A DNA stretch of 27,477 nt. It comes from Macrostomum lignano (taxonomy: Eukaryota). The translations under genes and the position numbers were made by a program. Below, piece after piece: positions 1 to 9,500 of the stretch. The stretch spans positions 1-27,477 of the forward strand of contig NIVC01002403.1 of the NCBI GenBank assembly GCA_002269645.1. The letters are read 5' to 3'. Within the stretch, counting starts at the first letter, position 1. Each line of letters begins with the position of its first letter. A model generated the notes under the pieces. It had not been told where the DNA came from. It was given only the letters and a program-made list of their open reading frames with translations, and made no database searches.

Positions 1-165
1 AGAAAGAGTAGTTGGCAGCAAATACGCTACGACTAGATAGAACCAGATAAGTCTGCATCTGATGCCTCTGGCAAGGGTTGGATTGGCTTAGTAGAAGTGA
101 ATTGTGAAAACTGCAATAAAACTGGCAAAATTCATTTTTAAGACATTTAATGAGACATCAAATGC

Positions 166-745
166 TATGTTCCTCCCCTCCGTTCCTCTGATCCTCTCCG
201 CTCCTCTGTTCCTCTCATCCCCTCCGCTCCTATGTTCTCCGCTCCTCTGTCCTCCCTCCCCTCCTTGTTCCTCCCCTCCGCTCCTATGTTCCTCCCCTCC
301 GCTCCTATGTTCCTGCCCCTCCGCTCCTATGTTCCTCCCCTCCGCTCCTATGTTCCTCCCGCTCCGCTAATATTTTCTTCTCCTCCCCTCCGCTCCTCTG
401 ATCCTCTCATCCCCTCCGCTCCTCTGATCCTCCCTCCGCTCCTCTGTTCCTCTCATCCGCTCCGCTCCTCTGATCCTCCCCTCCGCTCCTCTGTTCCTCT
501 CTCCCTCCGCTCCTCTGATCCTCCCCTCCGCTCCTCTGTTCCTCTCATCCCCTCCGCTCCTCTGATCCTCTCATCCCCTCCACTCCTCTGTTCCTCTCAT
601 CCCCTCCGCTCCTCTGATCCTCTCATCCCCTCCGCTCCTCTCTTCCCCTCCGCTCTCTCCTCCGCTCCTCCTCCTCCCCTCCTCTGCTCCTCTCCTCCCT
701 CCGCTCCTCCCCTCCTCTGATCCTCTCCTCCCCTCCGCTCCTTTT
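166..745. repeat. CT-rich degenerate tandem repeat (CCCCTCCGCTCCTCTGATCCTCTCAT-like units)
   Basis: Recurring cccctccgctcct(c/a)tg(a/t)tcct blocks. The Leu/Ser/Pro ORFs at 104-370 and 232-720 are its translation. Confidence 0.9.
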
Positions 746-901
746 CTTAAGGTTACCGAACAGCCTTGCCTATACGCTCGAACACTAGGTGGTCACGTCG
801 CAAATAGCCCGCATCCAGATTAATAAGTGTAAATTGACAGAATAAAAGCAGACTCAGAAACTGCTGGAACAATAAAGCCATGTAGACTGGGGTCTGCAAT
901 A

Positions 902-907
902 TTTATT
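902..907 (-). terminator. Candidate polyadenylation signal (AATAAA) for the minus-strand MAIP1-like gene
   Basis: TTTATT on the plus strand about 120 nt past the stop codon at 1025-1027. Confidence 0.4.
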
Positions 908-1024
908 GATGTTGAAAACTTCATTTGTACTTCATTTCAGTGATAAAGGATTACATAAAAATTATCAGGCAATGAAATATTATAATTACAACTACTGCGG
1001 TTACTAAGGTTAAGCAAAGTAGAA

Positions 1025-2483
1025 TTAGTTTTGCACTTGTTGCACCCAATCTTTTAACATCATGACATTGACATTGTCAACCAGCCAGCCATTGTCCGAA
1101 TATTCTTGCCCGCTTGGCGAGCGGACACGATCTGAGCCGGGCGGAAAGATGAAGGTTCTCTGCAGGCCCAGACTCCACACGAATCCGTGCTCTAAAGTGT
1201 CCGGGTCCTTTGGCCTTGAGCTCATGAGCTGCAGCACCAGCATCATCAGCTGGTCGGCAGCCGGCCTCTTCAAGCTGCCAAGCAGAGTCATTCTAGCATC
1301 GACAACCATCACACCGGTTGCTGGCTGTCCCTCGCCATTGAAGTTGCCGCTTAGCTTGGAAAAATGCTGCGGCAGGCCGCTCAGGGACTGCGGCGGTGGG
1401 GGACGGTGGCGGGTCGGCTGTGAAACTGCCGCTGCTATGATCAACTGAAACTGCTATGACCAACTCTATGACCAACTAAAACTACCATGACCAATTGAAA
1501 CTACTATGACCAATTGAAACTACTATGACCAACTGAAACTGCTATGACCCACTGAAACTACTATGACCAACTGAAACTACTATGACCAACTGAAACTGCT
1601 ATGACCCACTGAAACTACTATGACCAACTGAAACTACTATGACCAATTGAAACTGCTATGACCAACTGAAACTACTATGACCAATTGAAACTGCTATGAC
1701 CAACTGAAACTACTATGACCCACTGAAACTGCTATGACCAACTGAAACTACTATGACCCACTGAAACTGCTATGACCCACTGAAACTACTATGACCAACT
1801 GAAACTACTATGACCAACTGAAACTACTATGACCAACTGAAACTACTATGACCAATTGAAACTGCTATGACCAACTGAAACTACTATGACCAACTGAAAC
1901 TACTATGACCAACTGAAACTACTATGACCAACTGAAACTACTATGACCAATATGGCCAACTAAAACAACAGGAGAGCCACAATGCCCCTCTAAAACAAGC
2001 AGCCCCACAAACCTCAATATTGGCCACAATAATGTTACTGGCCATTCTAGCCAGCTGTTCCCGCTGCTCATCATTCATCCTGCTGTAATAATCCTTGGCC
2101 AGGCTCAGGCACTCGGGGCTGAGCAGTCCGCTCAACGAATCGTCTCCCTGGTCAGCGGCGGCCAGGCCGTCAACAATGACTGGCAGGAGGTCGCGGCAAG
2201 CGTCCGCAAAGCTACGAGGCGTCAATTCCCGATCGCGACTAGCCGTGCTCAGTAGAGCCAGTTTAATCCGGTTGCCGATATTGCGAAACAGGCCGCCAGG
2301 AGAGCGGATTAACGGATTAGGCGACAGACGGATGATAGGCAGGCCGGATAGCTGCTGCTGCGGCTGAGACGAAGACTCGCTGCTGCAGCCGCGAGAATAC
2401 AAGAATTTAGCTAATGATCTTGGCGGAAGCAGCCTGCGATGGCCGCAGCGGCATTGCGCGGCAGTGATAGCGGCGAGTTGCAT
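1025..2483 (-). CDS. Two-exon gene for a probable mitochondrial Tim44-like / MAIP1 (C2orf47)-like protein
   Basis: Exon 1 is 2483-2013 (157 codons) and ends NIIVANIE at a phase-0 donor GAG|GTTTGT. Exon 2 starts at a phase-0 CAG acceptor at 1417 or 1387 and ends in TAA at 1025-1027. The N-terminus is Arg/Ser/Leu/Ala-rich and acid-poor (MQLAAITAAQCRCGHRRLLPPRSLAKFLYSRG), like a mitochondrial presequence. From memory, SFADACRDLLPVIVDGL..D.L.GLLSPECL and LGLQRTF...WLVDNV resemble MAIP1 EF.EGAKQAF..VS..L...F..L..LV..E.L and YEFQREF...WTI..I. No search was run. Confidence 0.6.
1438..1951. repeat. 19-bp minisatellite (AACTGAAACTACTATGACC) x about 26, filling the MAIP1-like intron
   Basis: Direct tandem periodicity with minor variants (aattg, ctgct, ccact). 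Confidence 0.95.
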
Positions 2484-2714
2484 GCATATTTTTGAAAAAA
2501 AAGTTACGTAGGGAATACGATTTGCTTACTTGCTTACTAGCCAAGTAGCAACACAGGCATTGTCAATGCATTAACAGCAGCAGCATTGGATCAATGCGTA
2601 AGGTGCAATGGTCGGCAGTCAGTAGTCAGTACTGCGTCAGTACATAAATTGCATATGCATCGGTGAATAGACTGTCAGGAATAGAAATTGGAGAGGGTAT
2701 GGTAGGCTGGGAGA

Positions 2715-3100
2715 GAAGTAGTCTGGGAGGGGGGTAAAATCGGAGGAGGGTAGACTAGGTGAGGAGGGGGTTGACTAGGAGAGGAGGGTAGACTAGGAGA
2801 GGAGGGGTAGACTAGGATAGGAGGGGGGAGACTAGGAGATGAGGGGATAGGCTAGGAGAGGAGGGGGTAGACTAGGAGAGGAGGGGATAGGCTAGGAGAG
2901 GAGGGGATAGGCTAGGAGAGGAGGGGGCAGACTAGGAGAGGAGGGGATAGGCTAGGAGAGGGGATAGACTAGGAGGGGATAGACTGGGAGAGGAGGGGAT
3001 AGGCTAGGAGGGGTTACACTAGAAGAAAGGATAGAGAGGAGAGGAAGGGGTACACTAGGAGAGAGGGTAGACTAGGGAGGAAGAAGGTAGGCTAGAAAGG
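2715..3100. repeat. GA-rich degenerate ~20-bp tandem repeat (GAGGAGGGGATAGACTAGGA-like)
   Basis: Recurring ggagggg..ag(a/g)ctaggaga blocks with no CpG. Confidence 0.85.
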
Positions 3101-3199
3101 GGAACCTTATGAAGTAGATAAAAGCTAAGCCACAACTAAAGTCAACAAAACCTTGTCCTGCATAGTAAACCTATGCCTTAATATTCTCAACCAGTTTCA

Positions 3200-3855
3200 C
3201 GCCAATTGCATCTTTACCAATGGCATTGTCTCGATGCTCAACTAGAGACAATGCTACTCTAGCTATTGACCTGTGCAATATCATCAATGACCACTGGAAC
3301 CCTAGTGAGCTCTACTGCTATATTGATGGTTTTAAGCAGTCAGTCAACACCAGCTTTGGTGTTAGAATCTTCTTGAACAGATGGGTCATTGGATTGCAAC
3401 CTATGCTCAATATATTGGGGTCAACTCCAATGTCTTCCAAGGTAAAGTTCTTGCCATCAGCTCTTGCATTGCAGAGCTTTTTGCCACTAGTATACCAGGC
3501 AAAAAACATTAACTTTTTATTCAGATAGCCAAGCTGCCTTGCATGCTATCAGTGGTTATAGGGTCAACTCTGCTATAGTCCACAACTATATGAAACTCCT
3601 TAAAATATTGGGTTTTACCAACAAAAATTACTCTTAAGTAGGTTCTGGGGCATGTGGAGATACAAAGGAATGAGCTAGCTGATGTCCTTGCAAGAGTTAG
3701 CACCTCTGGCTCTTCTCTTAGGACTAAGCCTTTCATTCTAATTACTGGCTCTATTATCAATTTGCATATTAAAGCATGGATTAGGACTTAGCATTGTTCA
3801 ACTTGGGCAAACTGCATTGCCTGCAGGCAATCCAGAGGCATTGTTCCCTAGCCCT
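3200..3855 (+). mobile_element. Decayed non-LTR retrotransposon fragment, RNase HI domain (several frameshifts and stops)
   Basis: Ordered RNase H motifs across frames: YIDGFK (3319), NVFQGKVLAI (3429), YSDSQAALHAI (3518), *VLGHVEIQRNELADVLAR (TAG at 3639), then KPFILITGSIINLHIKAWIR. These follow the non-LTR RNase H pattern YTDGSK / VFQAE..AI / SDSQAAL / WVPGH.GI.GNE.AD.LA. Confidence 0.85.
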
Positions 3856-3862
3856 TTTATTA

Positions 3863-4820
3863 GGGGCCTATTTCATAAAGCATTTGTTGGACAAATTACA
3901 AGTGATGAGTAATAATTCTGCAAAATAATGCATTTTATAAAAATAGCTGTCACAACTTTATAAATTGACAAGTTATAAGTGACAAGCAAAATTTGACAAA
4001 TTACAAGCACTTCTTTACTTCTTTAGGGGTTTTATCCATAAACATGCACTAAACTAGATGCTTCTATATGAAAATACTTCTTGTCTTATGTTTTTTGATA
4101 AATTGCTATGACACTTGTAGCTTTTATCAAATTGTTTTCTTATATATTTTTATTTTTTCATGTCTGATAGCATACATGCGCAACAGTCGGCCGAGTCGGC
4201 CGATCCGGCCGACCGATTTGGCGGCCAACCAAGGAAGTCGCAAAAATGCCCACCCGAAAAAATAACCAAGTAGTAGTGCTAAGTAGCTGACGAGGCATTT
4301 TGGCTTAATAAGACAGTCATAGTTACTCCTGCCGTTTACCCAAAGTTGCGTTTATTTGCTTTAGGGTTTTTTTACATGTAAGTCGCATTTTTGGCCAAAA
4401 ACTACGTCGCATTTTTGTTAAAACTAAGTCGCATGGCCGACCGAATTTCGGAGGTTGCGCATGTATGAGGACATCAATATACTAATGAACCTTCTAAACA
4501 AAACATCCCCTTTGGTCTAGGTACAATCCAAAAAAATCTAAGTTGCTTTTTCTTTGTCTTTCATTGTAGTAAATAAAGTATTATATATAGACCAAGAAGA
4601 ACATAGACTTATAGAGACTATCTCTTAACCAAATCTATCAAAGCAAAAAAAGAAAAATCTTAAAACTTTGGTCTATGGTCTAAAGGCTAGATCACTTTTA
4701 TATAGGCCTAGTTCAACTATAAACATAAAAAATGAGTTATTTTTTATACTAGAAATGCACCATGTTTATAAAACCAAAATTGTTGATACTTGACACTCGT
4801 AGCTTTATGAAATTGACCCT
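3863..4820. mobile_element. Possible non-autonomous DNA transposon bounded by imperfect 19-bp inverted repeats; contains the 4171-4467 MITE
   Basis: Left end GGGGCCTATTTCATAAAGC (3863). Right end GCTTTATGAAATTGACCCT (4802-4820) has reverse complement AGGGTCAATTTCATAAAGC, a 16/19 match. The two ends could belong to separate fragments. Confidence 0.45.
4171..4467. mobile_element. MITE copy 1 (CpG-rich, perfect 14-bp TIR CATACATGCGCAAC), hAT-like family
   Basis: CATACATGCGCAAC at 4171 and GTTGCGCATGTATG ending at 4467. Internal repeated AAGTCGCA and GGCCGACCGA motifs. No TSD is visible on this copy. Confidence 0.85.
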
Positions 4821-5039
4821 AGCTCTAAAAACTCATTTTGTGTCTTGCAAAGATATATCTAGGCTGTCATCTACTATACCTTTTATTTCTCTACATACAA
4901 AACTTTTTTGCTAAAAAAAGTCTAAAAGTGACACTTTTATGTTCAGTTAATGATGCTCTACCCTAGCCTAGCCTATATAGGTTTTAATATCCTACACTTC
5001 TAGCCATGGTCTAACCATAAGGCCTTGGGCCTAATCATA

Positions 5040-5337
5040 CATATATGTACAATTGCTGGCTGACTTGGCCAATCTAGCTAGCCTACCATAAATTGTGGTA
5101 AACCAAAGGTAAGTAGCAAAACTGCCTATCCAAAATATAGATGATAGTAGGCCTAAATTAGATGATGAGACATTTAGCCTTACTAAGATAGTTATAGTTA
5201 CTCCTGTCATTTAGGCCCTATCCAAAATTGTGTTAATTTTTGCTTAATGTTTTTTTCACAATTAAATTGCATTTTTGGACAAAAGTAAGTTGTAATACTA
5301 ATAGCCAGTATAAATTCAAGGGGGTTGTGCATATATA
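5040..5337. mobile_element. MITE copy 2, heavily C>T/G>A-mutated relative of 4171-4467, with an 8-bp TSD
   Basis: TIRs CATATATGTACAAT / GTTGTGCATATATA. TSD TAATCATA at 5032-5039 and 5338-5345; an 8-bp TSD is typical of hAT. It is colinear with copy 1, e.g. 5184-5213 vs 4309-4338 match 26/30. Confidence 0.85.
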
Positions 5338-5954
5338 TAATCATAGATCATATGACATAAGATAGTATTATCATCATAGGACATAGGTCTAGGTCACAAA
5401 GAATTTAGGTACCAGCCCTACACAATAGGCCCCCTATGCCTATAGTATAGCCATAGCCAAGCTATAGCCATCATTGCTTCATTGGGTATAATAATCATGC
5501 TAAATAGGCATGACTTTATTTTTTAATAACCTAGGCTTAGGCCCTAATTGATTTGTAGTGACTTTTGCAAAAGTACAACACAGTATGAATTATTTATTTC
5601 TATAGGGGCCTAGTTAGTATCATTATCAAACTTTTGCGGTCACTAGGCTAGGCTTACTACAGATTCCTTGACAATAAAATCAAAACAGTTAAGCCTAGGC
5701 TTTTAGATTTCTGCTCTATCCAGCCTTTTGGCTCTTAGCTTAGCTTAGCTTATCATATCCACTTGTCCTGTTTTTCCAGTCCACCAAGTCAAAAAGCTAT
5801 GCCCTGGGAAGACATTACCATAACATTACTGCGCATGCATATACAAAATTTTACACAATTAAAAAGTTCAGATATTAGGCCTTTTTATTTTAAATCCAGC
5901 CAACCCAAAACTAGCCTAGAGACCCTACGCTGAAATATATGCTGGTAAAGACGA

Positions 5955-6071
5955 GGGGCCCGTTCTATAAAGCCATCGTAAGATAAGATCGTTCTTAGCT
6001 CCTATCTCAGCAGTGTAAAAGTTCCGATGTACGATCCAACTTACGCTACGACAGCTTTATAGTACGACCCC
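5955..6071. mobile_element. Small foldback MITE (117 bp), CpG retained
   Basis: GGGGCCCGTTCTATAAAGC at the left and GCTTTATAGTACGACCCC at the right, with extended imperfect internal inverted symmetry. The ends resemble those at 3863/4820. Confidence 0.7.
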
Positions 6072-6539
6072 GAGAACTAGTCCATATAGGCCTACTAAAA
6101 TATTAGCTAAATATAAAATTAATACACGACGATCCCGAGCTTGAAGCGAGCGAGCGATTTGGCGAAGCGAGCTAGCTTGACTCGAGCGGTGTGCTCTATA
6201 TAAGTTAAAAATAAATTTCCAGTAAAACCACGCTAATTAATTTTTCACATTTGTTAAAGAGAATACATACAAATACAACATTTAATTATATTTTTTAACT
6301 TTCTACGTTTATAATATTGAAATTATAGCTGAAATTTTGACATAAAATTTGTATGTAAGCTACTTTTTTAACATCAATCGAATTCTCTCTATTATTTCAC
6401 CAAAATCGATTTACCATACCATCCTGCCATCCATATCTTTTGACTATTGTGAAAAAGATGTAAAGTTTAAAACAAAATTCATCATTCAACGCATTTGTTT
6501 TGTCTGAATAATCTAAACACTTCTAATCACAGCCTAAAA

Positions 6540-9500
6540 ATGATGAAGCTTTTTTCAAAGAACAAGTCGAAAGATTCCACGGGTACAGCTCCAGCTTCCA
6601 GTTCCAGCAAGGAATCAAATGGTTGCTATAACATCAAGGAAAAATCTCTTGACAAAATTTATCGAGCAGCATGGAATGGAGACATAAAAAAACTCAATAC
6701 CTTTCAAAACGATGTCAATGTTCCGGACTCGGAAAAACGGTAAGTCAGCGTTTTTCACCTATGCCATTCATATTGGACAATTGACCTAGGTATAAGCTAG
6801 GTTTAAGAAACTAGGTCAACAGTAATAAAATTTTATTACATTGATGAGTTATTTAAAATCCTGGCACGTTTACTACTTTTCAAATGAGTTTAATGCGGAA
6901 GCAAAACTTCAGATTTGCACAAATTAGAACCAAAAGAAACCAAGTTAATCATTTATATCATTCATTTTTATATTACATAAGGTCTTACTGAAACCTAATT
7001 GGTACAGTCACAGTCATCATAGAAATTATCAGAGAGCAAATTCGAGTCTAGTAATAAATAGAATAAATAAATAAATAGGCCACCCATTGAATAGCAGCTA
7101 GATCAATTAATGTAACAAGCATTAAAAGAATGTAATATCGCGTATTGTCATTTTAAATCATCATTGTAGCACGGCTTTGCATCTTGCTTGTGCAAACGGA
7201 CAAGAACGAGCGGTGGATGTTCTGTTGTCTATGGGTGCCGATGCCACCGTAGTTGACAAAGAGAATCGAACGCCTCTTTATCGAGCTGTACAAACCAACC
7301 GAGCCCTCTGCATCAGAGTGCTTTTAAAGAAAGTTCCAAATTTGGCTAAGGATGAGTCGGTACGTCGTTAATGTACAGCACCCTGTTCCCTCAACCAGCC
7401 CCAGCACCCTGTTCCCTCAACCAGCCCCAGCACCCTGTTCCCTCTACCAGCCCCAGCACCCTGTTCCCTCTACCAGCCCCAGCACCCTGTTCCCTCTACC
7501 AGCCCCAGCACCCTGTTCCCTCAACCAGCCCCAGCACCCTGTTCCCTCAACCAGCCCCAGCACCCCGTTCCCTCAACCAGCCCCAGCACCCTGTTCCCTC
7601 TACCAGCCCCAGCACCCTGTTCCCTCTACCAGCCCCAGCACCCTGTTCCCTCTACCAGCCCCAGCACCCTGTTCCCTCTACCAGCCCCAGCACCCTGTTC
7701 CCTCTACCAGCCCCAGCACCCCGTTCCCTCAACCAGCCCCAGCACCCTGCTCCCTCTACCAGCCCCAGCACGCACCAAATTCATTTCTCATGTCCAGAGG
7801 CCACCATCAAAGCGCCGTGTTCCTTCCTTCATGCAGTCGATCTCGCTGCTGCACATGGCGGTGCAAAACGGCAGCTCAGAATCGCTGGCCGCGCTGCTGT
7901 CCTCAATGTCCGACGCTGTGGACACCACGGACTCAAACGGCCGGACGGCTCTCATGCTGGCCTGCGAGTCGGGCCGGACAAGCATGGTGGCGGCGCTGCT
8001 GGACAAAGGAGCCAGCCTCGCGGCTACGGATGCTGCGGGTCTGTTGACAGAAACACAGAAATCGCATTAGCAAGATGGTTCCCCTCTGCATCGCTCCAGC
8101 AGCTAGGGTGTTTTCTAGACTCCCAGAGTGGCTGTTTAAATAGTCAAAAGTGTCTGACGCTAGGCCCTGAGCATTCCAGCGCAGACAGATATACGATTAT
8201 TATGCCAATGGATATATAGATTAAGGTATAGATATTATAGAGGATATATAGAGGCAATTATAAGAAAGCAACCACTAAAATGGTGGTGGGGATTGACGAG
8301 TCAGTGAGATTGACAGGTGAAGAGTCAGTAAGATTGGCAAGTAAATAAGCAGTGAGATTGGCAGGTGAAGAATCAGTGAGATTGGCGGGTGAAAAGAATC
8401 TGCGATATTGACAGGTGAAGAGTCAGTAAGATTGACAGGTGAAGAGTCAGTAAGATTGACAGGTGAAGAGTCAGTAAGATTGACAGGTGAAGAGTCAGTA
8501 AGATTGACAGGTGAAGAGTCAGTAAGATTGACAGGTGAAGAATCAGTGAGATTGACAGGTGAAGAATCAGTGAGATTGACAGGTGAAGAGTCAGTAAGAT
8601 TGACAGGTGAAGAGTCAGTGAGATTGACAGGTGAAGAGTCAGTAAGATTGACAGGTGAAGAGTCAGTAAGATTGACAGGTGAAGAATCAGTGAGATTGAC
8701 AGGTGAAGAGTCAGTAAGATTGACAGGTGAATAGTCAGTGAGATTGGCAGGTAAATAAGCAGTAAGATTGACAGGTGAAGAGTCAGTAAGATTGGCAGGT
8801 AAATAAGCAGTAAGATTGACAGGTGAAGAGTCAGTGAGATTGACAGGTGAAGAGTCTGTGAGATTGACAGGTGAAGAGTCAGTAAGATTAGCAGGTAAAT
8901 AAGCAATAAGATTGGCAGGTGAAGAGTCAGTAAGATTGGCAGGTAAATAAGCAGTAAGATTGACAGGTGAAGAGACAGTAAGATTGACAGGTAAATAAGC
9001 AGTAAGATTGACAGGTGAAGAGTCAGTGAGATTGACAGGTGAAGAGTCTGTGAGATTGACAGGTGAAGAGTCAGTAAGATTAGCAGGTAAATAAGCAATA
9101 AGATTGGCAGGTGAAGAGTCAGTAAGATTGGCAGGTAAATAAGCAGTAAGATTGACAGGTGAAGAGACAGTAAGATTGACAGGTGAAGAGTCAGTGAGAT
9201 TGGCAGGTAAATAAGAAGTAAGATTGACAGGTGAAGATTCAGTGAGATTGACAGGTGAAGAGTCAGTAAGATTGACAGGTGAAGATTCAGTGAGTTTGAC
9301 AGGTGAAGAGTCAGTGAGATTGACAGGTGAAGAGTCAGTGAGATTGACAGGTGAAGAGTCAGTAAGATTGACAGGTGAAGAGTCAGTGAGATTGGCGGGT
9401 GAAAAGAATCTGCGATATTGACAGGTGAAGAGTGAACAGAAAAAAATGATCATCAGAGACGGATAAAATCCGCAAACAAATTTAAAACTGCTCAAGTTTT

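Noticed and set aside
3200-5337. APOBEC3-type single-strand hypermutation as the sole cause of TGG>TAG and similar changes
   Set aside because: C>T and G>A occur on the same strand and also affect a DNA MITE with no reverse-transcription step, so a double-stranded genomic process fits better.
6195-6205. TATA box (CTATATAAG) for ANKRD26
   Set aside because: Common in AT-rich DNA and no start-site evidence.
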